DNA from: Octopus sinensis
Taxonomy: Eukaryota
DNA: 64,000 nt
Assembly (NCBI RefSeq): GCF_006345805.1
Contig: NC_043001.1
Coordinates: forward strand, 61,442,001 to 61,506,000
Direction of reading: 5' to 3'
Within the stretch, counting starts at the first letter, position 1; every line of letters begins with the position of its first letter. This document shows, piece by piece, positions 25,300 to 36,215 of the stretch. Under the pieces are notes generated by a model. That model worked only from the letters and a program-made list of their open reading frames with translations, had not been told where the DNA came from and did not search any database. The position numbers were made by a program, and so were the translations under genes.

Positions 25300-25700
25300 A
25301 AATGAACGCAAGAATATCTGATTCATAATATTTGTTCTCATGCTCGTGTGTTGTTTGTTGGTGACAAACATATACTTAAAAGAACGCCGCCGAAGTGATA
25401 GGAAGGTAGGAAACAGAGTCAGTGAAAAAAAAAGGAAATAGCGATAGTGACAGATACTTTAAATAACGGTAGTGGACTTCTGAAAGTTATGAAGGGGAGT
25501 AAGAGAGGGAAAGGAGGAAATAGGGTGAGTGAGGAAGATGGGCCCTAGCAACCACACCTTTTAAGATAGCGATTTCTAAGGTAGCCCACGAGCATCGTCA
25601 CCTCATTCTACATGTCCCTGGAGCGAATCGGACGGGATGTAGTGGCATTGAAAGCGATCCAAGCGGTAAAAACGCATTTCAGTTTTATATATAGAGAAGA
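25300..25700 (-). mobile_element. Possible third Helitron family, 5' end only
   Basis: Minus strand begins A|TCTTCTCTATATATAAAA, like family A; no 3' hairpin or CTAG found, so the left boundary is uncertain. Confidence 0.4.
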
Positions 25701-25970
25701 TATATCCCCCTCAAGCCGGCTATTTTCATGCTAGAAATAACAGCCAAATCTCACTAAACTGCGGTAACACAATGAAATGAATTGTGTAATGAATCTACTC
25801 ACCTTTCTGCAAATATTTCTTTCGGAGTATTTTCCCCACATCAATATGAAATTAAGGTTTTTTTTTTATTATTTTATTTGAAAGTTACAAAAAAATATGA
25901 GTTTTGTCGAGAAGTGTGTTCGGGGAAACAGCGTTGGCAGGGTTTAGAAGAGATGTGTTCGAGAAAGAGT

Positions 25971-26169
25971 GGATGGCTGTGTGGTAAGTAGCTTCCTCAC
26001 CAACCACATGGTTCCGGGTTCAGTCCCACTGCGTGGTACCTTGGTCAAGTGTCTTCTACTATAGCCTCGAGCCAGCAAAAGCCTTGTGAGTGGGTTTGGT
26101 AGACGGAACCTTTAAGAAGCCCGTCGTATATATGTATATATATGTGTGCGTGTGTTTGTCCACCCAACA
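25971..26169 (+). mobile_element. 3'-truncated SINE (same family as 55608-56033)
   Basis: GGCTGTGTGGTAAGTAGCTT...GGTTCAGTCCCACTGCGTGG...; breaks off at the array. Confidence 0.85.
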
Positions 26170-27384
26170 ATATTTGTTGTATACACATTGCATGAAAAGT
26201 ATTTAGACGGTTTCTGTTGCGCTCCTGCGACCGGGCGTTGAGATTTATTGCTCGGATCCTCTACGGTTGATCGTGGGTATTTTCCGAGCCCCCTCCCCAC
26301 GCCCCAGTTTGTCAGCGTGCATTTTTTCTCGATATTTGTTGTATACACATTGCATGAGAAGTATTTAGACGGTTTCTGTTGCGCTCCTGCGACCGGGCGT
26401 TGAGGTTTATTGCTCGGATCCTCTACGGTTGATCGTGGGTATTTTCCGAGCCCCCTCCCCACGCCCCCGTTTGTCAGCGTGCATTTTTTCTCGATATCTG
26501 TTGTATACACATTGCATGAGAAGTATTTAGACGGTTTCTGTTGCGCTCCTGCGACCGGGCGTTGAGGTTTATTGCTCGGATCCTCTACGGTTGATCGTGG
26601 GTATTTTCTGAGCCCCCTCCCCACGCCCCCGTTTGTCAGCGTGCATTTTTTCTCGATATTTGTTGTATACACATTGCATGAGAAGTATTTAGACGGTTTC
26701 TGTTGCGCTCCTGCGACCGGGCGTTGATGTTTATTGCTCGGATCCTCTACAGTTGATCGTGGGTATTTTCCGAGCCCCCTCCCCACGCCCCCGTTTGTCA
26801 GCGTGCATTTTTTCTCGATATCTGTTGTATACACATTGCATGAGAAGTATTTAGACGGTTTCTGTTGCGCTCCTGCGACCGGGCGTTGAGGTTTATTGCT
26901 CGGATCCTCTACGGTTGATCGTGGGTATTTTCCGAGCCCCCTCCCCACGCCCCAGTTTGTCAGCGTGCATTTTTTCTCGATATTTGTTGTATACACATTG
27001 CATGAGAAGTATTTAGACGGTTTCTGTTGCGCTCCTGCGACCGGGTGTTGAGGTTTATTGCTCGGTTTATTACTCGGTTTATTGATCGTGGGAATTTTCC
27101 GAGCCCTCTCCCCACCCCCCGTTTGTCAGCGCGCTTTTTTTTTCGTCATTTTCCTTCAATATACGATGCCTTACACCTGTTACACATATTTTTTTCCATT
27201 TTTGCCACTTGGGCGCGGATCCTCTACGGTTGATCGTGGGAATTTTCCGAGCCCCTTCCCCACCCCCCGTTTCTCAGCGCGCTTTTTTTTTTTGTCATTT
27301 TCCTTCAATATACGTTGCCTTACATCTGTTACACATATTTTTTTCCATTTTTGCCACCTGGGCGTGGATCTATATATTAACCTC
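26170..27384 (-). repeat. Tandem array: six 162-bp units plus two ~150-bp outer variant units, inverted relative to 18224-19197
   Basis: TAT(T/C)TGTTGTATACAC at 26171, 26333, 26495, 26657, 26819 and 26981; outer variant motif at ~27186 and ~27336. Confidence 0.97.
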
Positions 27385-27795
27385 ATTTTCTAAGTTTTCT
27401 TTCTATCTTGGTTGTATCTTCTTCTGTTCAGCAGTTTTCTTTTTCTTTTTAGTTTTATGCCTTTGCTTCAGTAATAGCTGTAGCTGTTTCATAGGCTAGT
27501 TGGTTTAGCGATGTTATATTTAGTGCTTCTATCGTTGTTGATTTTATCTCATCTATGACATTATTGCTAATTTTAATCAACTCCTTCAGGTTCTTATACA
27601 AACTGACCTTTGGTAAGAGCTCCCTGTGGTGTCTATGCTTTGACCTGTTCTCATATTCTCTGTATTTGTTCTTTTAGTTCCAAATATTTCTCCCTATCCA
27701 TGTCACTGTTTCGTGCTGTTGATTGTTTTGTAGGCTCTTCTATCTCATTACCCACAGAAGGTTCCTCAAATACATCATCTTCTTGGTTTTCTGTA
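27385..27795 (-). mobile_element. R4/Dong copy 2, right piece
   Basis: Matches 16863-17280 closely. Confidence 0.88.
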
Positions 27796-27803
27796 ATCCC
27801 TTA

Positions 27804-27805
<2 letters not shown>

Positions 27806-27893
<88 letters not shown>

Positions 27894-27955
27894 TTACTCT
27901 TATTACTACTACAACTACTACTACTACCACCACTACTACTACTACTATTACTACA
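27806..27955. repeat. (TTA)n/(CTA)n microsatellite, probably the tail or target of the adjacent R4/Dong copy 3
   Basis: Direct reading. Confidence 0.9.
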
Positions 27956-29400
27956 TATAAGCACAACAAATTTAACTGTTGGAAAAGCAAAATTCCTAAT
28001 ATCAGGCTACAAGTAACCTTAGATGTCAAAAACCTTCCTAACTATCATAGCTCTCACTGTTCTCAAGAGTTGCACTAAACTAGGTTTTATGTATATCCCC
28101 CCCCCCGCTCTCTCTCTCTTTCTCTCTCCCCTCATACGTTCATATCTTAAGGGATAGTGCCGAATTCAATTATAACTGCAGGGATGCATTCATTTTACAT
28201 GCACTTTCCATAACCGCTGTAACTCATACTTCTACTTTGCTATTTTCTCTATACATCTCCTATTGACTTTCTCCTCACTTGGGGCTGTAAAATCAATTAC
28301 ATGACACTTTCTATTCTCTCTGTCTGCTACTACTAAATCAGGCCTTCAAGCTTCTATTACTGTGTCAGTCTAAGTCTTAATATCCCACATCTTATAAGAC
28401 TTAATTTCTAGCACTTTTCCATGTTCATGTTCATATCATTCATCAGTATGTTCAAGACCTAGATTTTTATATATCTCCTATTAGATTATCCTCTCTAAGT
28501 TGTCATTTCTTTTCCTGTATTTCTTCTGTGCCAGCATGCTACATTCGCTTACTGTATGAGTAACACTTTGATTTACATAACCTACAGTGGGAATCTACCT
28601 GAGTTTTTCTATCTTGACTTTTATCCAATTAGTCCTCAACACATGATCATGAGCTGCAAGAAGCAAACATTTGCCTCCCTTTTCAGCCTTTCTTTTTGCA
28701 TGAGTAATTATTACTTCCTACGACCACCTTCTAGTGACTACTCCCCTCTCTGCATAGACAATAAATTAGTGTCAACTATAATTTTAGTATCTGCCCTGCT
28801 GATAAGAGAATCTACTTCTTTGTCATATCTAACAACTTCCTTCTTTTGACACCTGGTAATACTGGTAGTCTTTTTCTTTCTTTACTCATTGCTTCATTCA
28901 ACTCATATAAAATATTCTGGTCTTCCTCACTTAAGTCACTTGAGTCGCTGGTGCAAATTGTGCCTTCCTAGTCCGAAGTGCTATCATTATTTTTTCCTTT
29001 AGGTTCTCTGGTTTTAATTGTATATCTTATGTTGTTGTTTGGCTTTACTTCTATTTCGTCTTTTTTTCCAGTTCACATTTGATCTCTTCTACCTCAAATT
29101 CTATCATTTACTTTCTGTTCCTAAGACCATTAGCCTGATTTGCTAGTCTCAGCTCACTTACTTCAAGCATACTCTTCTCTACCTAAAGTGTCAACATCTG
29201 TTTTCTGTAGTCCCTCCTTATAGGTTCATTTTCTAAATAGCACTGCATCACTATCTTATTGTCTTCGCTAGTCCACTTCTTTCTCCTTTCCCTATTATCT
29301 GCTGATGCTGTCTTAGGATAACAGCTGTGTTCAGTTGCATCTGTACTTAATCACTGCCAAGCGAGAGGCCTTCACTTAAAGGTCCAGCCCCATTTTTTTT
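27956..29400 (-). mobile_element. Old, heavily deleted R4/Dong-type element (copy 3, different family)
   Basis: Minus strand reads RRKKWTSEDNKIVMQCYLE near 29230-29290 and RKVFDI* near 28020, followed by a (TAG/TAA)n tail. Confidence 0.55.
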
Positions 29401-30557
29401 TGTTACCAACAGGGTTTCTGTGTAAACTCATGTCTCTCATAAACTGAGGTACGGTAATGCTCGCCACTTTCATCATCGGCGCTATTAATACTCGACATCT
29501 GATAGTTTCAAGTAACTTTCTACTGCATCACTTACTACACTTTCGTGTCGCTGAGGTGTATGCAACATTGTAAGTTTTTTTTGTCTTTTGGAGTGCATTG
29601 TATTACATCAGTATGATTTGTTATGGATTTGGTTTGAATCTTCTGTTGTATTAGATTTTGTGCTGTGTGTTATGTGTGTAATGCGAGTTGTATGCTTCTG
29701 TTGGATATCAAGCCTGTATGCTACATGTGGGAGTTGTTCATCGTATTGGGCATTTAGTGTATGTGTTTATTCCTGTGTGTTTTGAGTATAACGTTACAGT
29801 GTAGTATGTGTATATCACCTTATTTCATTTTTCGTTTGTCCAGTGACATTAAGAGATGGGTCCGTCTTTACAGCTTTAACACCTTGACATAACATTGCTT
29901 TCGGACACGTGTTGAAACATCTGTCATATCGCGGCTGCCCGTGGCTCACAAAGTCAAAGTCACTGCTGTTTCCTTCTCTTTATTCTTTATTTATAGCTTT
30001 ATCTCTGAGCACTGAGTATAACTGCTCCTTTCAACTGTTTAGAATGAATAAAGAATGTTGCCCCTTTTGTTAGAGTCATTAAAAACCATGTATTTGTTTT
30101 GTACGCGTTTGTGCAGGGGTTGTATAATCATTCTACTTGGTGATGTATAAACGAGAAACTGAGAAACGGCAATGTACATTTGTAAGGAGGATTAGTAGAG
30201 ATGTGAATGTATATGTGATTAAAAATTTACTCAGTTTCATAGCTCTGGTATAGAGGTATTGTAGTCCACGTGTTTACATTTTACCAAATTTTTACATTCG
30301 AGGGTAATGTGATAAATTCTACACAAGAACAAATTTTGAGATGCTTACACATAAGGAAATTCACATTTGCCAAGTATTAATGAATAATAAGCATTTAAAC
30401 AACAGAATAGTTTGAAATAACGGATCATAAGTGATTATCCAATTAAAACTTTAAATGGAGTTTGTTTGCGTCTAACTTAACGAACAACTCTACATTATAC
30501 AACGCAGAGTAGATAAATGAAAATCTTTAAACAGTTAAATCGAAGGATATTAAGCAA

Positions 30558-30641
30558 AGACCCTGAAGAAAGTGCTCTGGTATTATAGTAGGGTTGCGAT
30601 TGCAACGGTTACTAATCCGTGCAGTTGAAACGTGTAGCTCT
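30558..30641 (+). ncRNA. Decayed hammerhead ribozyme with extended stem II (old PLE pseudo-LTR)
   Basis: agacc-CTGAAGA-aagtgc...gcagtt-GAAA-CGTG-TA-gctct; one mismatch in stem I and one in stem II. Confidence 0.5.
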
Positions 30642-31076
30642 ATTTAACGCTGTATATATATTAACAGAATTAAAGGTAAGCAACTTCGTATAATCCTTAT
30701 TATTAATATTGTTGATATAGATAGATTGACAGATATACACGCATGTACATATTCCATATATGATGAAAACTCTTGCGGTTACTAAGATGATCTACATTAA
30801 AACACTACGAGTATAAATAATTTCAGAATGAAGCACAATCTACCTAATCATTCCTACCAGGGTTTACTTATTTTGTTTCTTATATGGGACGATAATTTCG
30901 GTTAAAGTTCTGGTAGTTGAATACGAAAATTGTACTTTATGGCAATTAAATAATTCGCCGTATTAACTGGAAGGTGGGATATATTTATCAAGCGCTACGA
31001 AGAATTTCGGAGGAATATTAGAAATTTTGTAAGATACGAACGATGCATTAACTTAGATAATATATTTTATGTTATA

Positions 31077-31283
31077 AAGGCAGTAAGCTGGCAGAAACTT
31101 TAGCACGCCGAGCGAAATGCTTAGCGATACTTCGTCTGTCTTATGTTCTGAGTTTAAATTCCGCAGCAGTCAACTTTCCCTTTCATCCTTTGAAAATTAA
31201 GTACCATTTGCGTACTGCGGTCGATCTCATCGACTGGCCCATTCCCGCCAAAACTTCGGGCCTTGTGCCTAGAGTAGAAAAGA
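31077..31283 (+). mobile_element. SINE (AAGGCGGCGAGCTGGCAGAA-type family) with 15-bp TSD
   Basis: TSD ATATTTTATGTTATA at 31062-31076 and 31284-31298; three further copies in the window. Confidence 0.85.
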
Positions 31284-31404
31284 ATATTTTATGTTATAGC
31301 CTTTCTTTTAATTACATATAAATACTTAGATTAGCTTCGGCCAAAATTGGATCAGACCCAGTCTAACTTAATTACACCACCTGGAGAGGCATTTAATGAG
31401 TTGC

Positions 31405-31545
31405 ATATTGCAGTCATTTTTGGGCACCATTGCCCATTCGAGGAAAGTGTTGTTTCCAGTAATATATGCGGGTTGAAGTAGCTAGTTGATCTGGAATATG
31501 TAGGAAATACTCTTCCAAGGTCTGTTTGAATGCTATGAGATCCTT
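31405..31545 (-). mobile_element. Old CR1-type 3' end fragment
   Basis: Minus strand reads AFKQTLEEYFLHIPDQ, then a GGTGCCCAAAAATGACTGCA tail-like motif. Confidence 0.4.
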
Positions 31546-34214
31546 ATGAAATCAGGGCTAGCTGATGTGGAATAAAGACCCCCAACCAGCAAAAAGCGAG
31601 AGAAGCTTGACGTCACCAAGCTAGATATTGCGTAATGGCGTTGGAAACTGACAGCTACCGCCATGACTGCTGTCGAGGGTACAGCTCAGATGGGCTGAAT
31701 AGCATCCAGAAGCATTGGCTCGTATCTCTTCCAATTATCCCTCTCAATTTCTCTACCTTTTCATTCCATCTGTATTTACACGCCTTTTCCTTAGCAGTAT
31801 CGCATTTATTCTCTTCACACACTTCCCACATCTTCACTTTTTCACACCGTTAATAACTCTCTGCTCTCCACTCACCTAACACATTTCCACCCTCGCCCAC
31901 TGCCATACGCTGTTGTCAATATGCCATTGAGTCCCCAGCAACAACAGTCACTGATGGACAACGCCATAAAACTGGTTGAAAGAGGAGGAACCGCTGTTGT
32001 GCGAGGCACAAACCTCAGCAAAATGAAGGCGTTCCAACAACTTCCTAAACGTGTTTTGTATTATCTCATGCTCTATACTCCTTGTTCTCGCCATTATCAC
32101 GAGCATGCGTTCCCCAACATTCATAACTTCATTTCCTCATCTCTTCTCCCGTGTCGATATCAAACTCCTTGTCCAAACACTCCTCACCTTGCTCATTTCT
32201 GCATATAACTACCTTTCAAAACTGATATCCATTAATTTTAATTCTATTATTTCACTCTTCGTTGTTACCCTCCCGATCGCAATACACTACCCCAATTAAA
32301 ACTTTCAAATCTTCAATACTTTTCGTTCTGTCTCGCTCTTTCTGTCACCTTTTCGTCATAAATCATTCTATACTGCCATCCTTCATAACGTCGGTCTCGT
32401 AGATCCCTAATACTTCTTTAACCATCGAAGTATTCTTCAAACTAGTACTTCACGCCTCACCACATAACTTAATTAGTGCTTATGATGAAGGCCTTCTCTT
32501 TCGTGGGCAAGTTCCCTCAACATATATGTATTTGGTACAGGAACTAGAAAGGACACCAACGAAGCTAGTGCTCTGCGACTATGAACATGATATCACATTC
32601 TACGGAGAACGTTTCAACCTTTTCATCTAACTCCAAACCCCCTTTCATCCTTCATTGGATATTTCGGAAAAATACATCAATGTTGTAAACATCTCCCTCT
32701 GCTTCAAACACTTGGCCCACATTCTCCGCAGCACCACCCCTTTTATTTTATTATGCTCCTCACCACAAACACTTAATGGGACGGGACATTTCTTACACGT
32801 AGTTACTCTCTCTCTTTCTCTCTCTCTCTCTCTCTTCATTGTCTATGCCACTACCATCACGACTTGTGACACTGTCCCACAATACATGGTCCACCTTTTC
32901 ATTCGACATAAATATCTAAACTACAGTCACCCACTTTCTCCGCTTGACCGCATGTCTACTCTTGTCTACCGCATCCGCCCCATTTTCAGTCGCGAATACT
33001 TTTCCCGTAATTAGCAACCTCCAACTCTACTTCTCTGCCATATGATTCTATATGCCTTTTACCCAGTTGTCAATAGGTCTGATCTAAGTATGCTGTGGCT
33101 TGCTGTTAATAAATACATGCTGCGGGGGCCCACAGCATTAATATGCCCAGGGGGGGGGTCATAATGCTGCTTAGATGGCACTGATTCTCCTTCTTCCAGT
33201 CCACTCATGTAGCCCTTCAAGTCTTATCTAATTCAGCTTGTCTAATTCAACACACAAAGCGTTCAAAATATCGAATTTCCATCCTAACATGAACATTTAA
33301 ATTTGTGTGCAATTGACTCTTAATTTATTGATAATATTTAGCAAATGGTATTATTTTTCAGTTTCACTTCTGACTAAACGGTAAATTCCATTTTACTCGG
33401 GGATTTTTGAGCCTTCTTAATTCACTACACACAACAAAATAATATCATATTCCATTCACTAAGAATCAAATGCAAACATATAATGTAACCTGTCTTTTCA
33501 TTATACATGGTGTGTATATGACATTACATGCATGAGAAATATTATTAGGAGTAACACGTCAAAACGACCTCCTACATGCAGAAATCATGCGTTTACTTAA
33601 AAATAACAAAGACAAATAGAAAATATCATGTTGATTTACGTTAAGGGGTATTCCAGCAGTGTTTATTCTGCATTCTTAGGTCAATAGCAGAATAGAAACA
33701 TACATCATGTTAGTTATATTATTGTTACGGGAATACGTGAATACTGATTTGAAGAATCACTAATCAAGCAGTAATATTTCCAGAAATAATTAGAGGGTAA
33801 GAATCTAATTATCAGTGCCAGATGTAAATCATCGGGGGCCTGATGCACTTCAAATTCAATGGGATCCGCTTATAAAGAAAAATTAAACTATACAGCAAAT
33901 CACCAAATTTTGCATTTCAATGTCCCTTTACTGCACATAACTGGAATTGACAAAATAGCATATAAACGTTTAACTGCATGTCAATCTAAACTTTTATCAA
34001 TTAAACTAAATGCAGAATATCTTACCTGCTTACATCTATATATTATACTAATTTATGCACAAATTCTTTCTTCTTACACTCGGTGTCTGAAAAATATTTA
34101 GTGAGCTCCTGATACATCTTTACGTGGATATGCCAAATCGAAAAAATGGATTACAATGCAAATCAGCTTGGAATTATCAACATATTAATAAAAAAAAACA
34201 ATAAAAGTTAATTA

Positions 34215-34430
34215 TCTTTGATTTCAAATTTTGGCACAAGGCCAGCAATTTCGGCGGAGGGAGTAAGACGATTACATTGACCCCAGTACTCAACTAGTAC
34301 TTATTTTATCAACCCCGAGAGGATGAAAGGCAAAGACGACAACGGTATTGGAATTCAGAATGTAAAGACGGATGAAATGTCGCTGAACATTTCACCAGGC
34401 GTGCTAACAACTCTACCAGTTCGCCGCCCT
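34215..34430 (-). mobile_element. SINE, same family as 31077
   Basis: Reverse-complement homology (GGCACAAGGCC...GGATGAAAGGCAAAG...CCAGTTCGCCGCCCT). Confidence 0.8.
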
Positions 34431-34804
34431 AAATTTTACAATACGGCACAGTGTGGATAAGAATAAATTTATAACCTCCTATATATCATTGTATATAACA
34501 TGCAGAGGAGTTTCTTTTTTAAAAAAAGATGCGGTTAGTGTCTCTAACCTGGAAACATTTTAGTCTACGAATATATTTTGATTTAAAGGAAATGAACTTA
34601 GACTGTTAAAATAAATCAAAATCTATTTGAGAGATCAAAAGCAAAACAAATTTGTATCATTCTCAGATCTTGCCGATATTATGGGAAATAAAAGAGCGGG
34701 TGAGGCAAAAAAAGGAAAGTATAATATGTGTTGAATACATTACAAATTTATCTTAAGTTCAATTATTTTTAATACTATTAATCATCAAGCGTAGGATAAC
34801 ATTA

Positions 34805-35014
34805 ATTTCATATTTTGGCGTAAACCAGCAATTTCGGGGACAGACAACTCTACTACATCGACGTCATTGTTCAACTGGTACTTATTTTTATCGACCCAGG
34901 AAGGATGAAAGGCAAAGTGAACCTAGGCCGCATTTGAACATAAAACGTGAAGTTGAAACAAGTGCCAATACGCATTTTACCCGCGCAGTAACGATTCTGC
35001 CAGCTCGACACCTT
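34805..35014 (-). mobile_element. SINE, same family as 31077
   Basis: Reverse-complement homology; imperfect TSD AAGCG(TA)GGATAA. Confidence 0.75.
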
Positions 35015-35929
35015 AAAGCGGGATAATTTTGGAATTAAAAACAAGTGAACACCTATAGTCTAATCCTCCATTATTGTGTGCGTGTGCGTGCGTGTGTGTG
35101 TTATTTTATGTGATATGGTATTGTTGATTTTCCAAATTGTTTAGTAAACTATATAGCGATTGGATATGAAATCATTTTAGAAGAAATCATCACACAATAG
35201 ATCCGATCTAGCATAACTATTGCTATTGTAAATATAACAGAAATTAGAAAGGAGCCAGGAACATTACTGCATAAATAAATCAATAGTTAATGTTCATAAA
35301 ATGTTTGATGAAAAAATTTCTACAGTTAAATCACACCTAAAAATGCATAAATGTGCACTTCATTTAATTAAAGTGGGAAGTTTTTTTTTCTGTGGGACAG
35401 CATTTTAAACCTTACAATAATTTACATATATGCAAATATATTAATTTTAATGTTTAAATTTAATTAGAAACAGAATAGAAAAGTTTGGTAATTTTTTCCA
35501 TCATCATATTTTTGAATGCTGAGTGGTAATTACATTAAAAATATTTACCTGTTTTCTACCCTAAGGAAATGCATTTCAAATCAATATAAAAAGTTAGAGA
35601 TTATTTTTCTCTGCGATCCCATTCTTTAAATATAATACATAATTTTCTCTGTATACATTATTCTCTATTTTAATATCGATATTAAGCTTAGCAAGATATT
35701 TACTCAGCATTATTCCAAATTAAAATGTTCAGTAATCTCACTGCACCACAGATATTTTCTATTTTTTCTCCTGATCTATGGATTATATATTCATTAACAA
35801 CGAAGATCTCTAACGTCTTGATTCGACAAAACGGGATCCAGAGACTTCGAAGTCTTATTGACAGTTCGTATGTAAATCTATGTGGATTATGAAAAACCTG
35901 AATATTTTTCATGAGCGTTGATATTCAGC

Positions 35930-36215
35930 ACTGTCAAATAATGTTGGCATCTACTTCAAAATTTACCCAACGCTTGGTCCCCGTGCCATCTGCCCCCTAC
36001 AAAGAATCCTGCGTGCAGCATATCACCACATTAAGACAAAACTATTTCACCTCAACAAGCCCTACTCTCTTTAAGACACATAAGAGAAGCAAAAGTTTCA
36101 ACACTGAAAAGGGTCCTGGACAATTATCTCCAACAAATTCTAGATAAACCCCTAACACCCGGATATATCTCTGCAAACAATAACTCTTTATTCGAATGGA
36201 CTATGGTGCCAAAAG
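35930..36215 (+). mobile_element. Old CR1-type LINE 3' fragment
   Basis: HITTLRQNYFTSTSP and LKRVLDNYLQQILDKP resemble the ORF2 C-terminus (compare FKMKLDLFLSGIPDE near 22600). Confidence 0.45.

Larger units (their letters stand above)
18224..27384. mobile_element. Putative foldback-type composite DNA transposon whose long TIRs are built from tandem arrays
   Basis: Mirror-image arrays at both ends; interrupts R4/Dong copy 2; right terminus reads GAGGTTAATATATAGATCCACGCCCAGG inward; the left terminus is deleted. Confidence 0.65.

Noticed and set aside
33120-34130. CAGTGCC/GGCACTG and GGGGCCC motifs resembling hAT MITE ends
   Set aside because: The ends face away from each other, and no matching partner or 8-bp TSD could be found.
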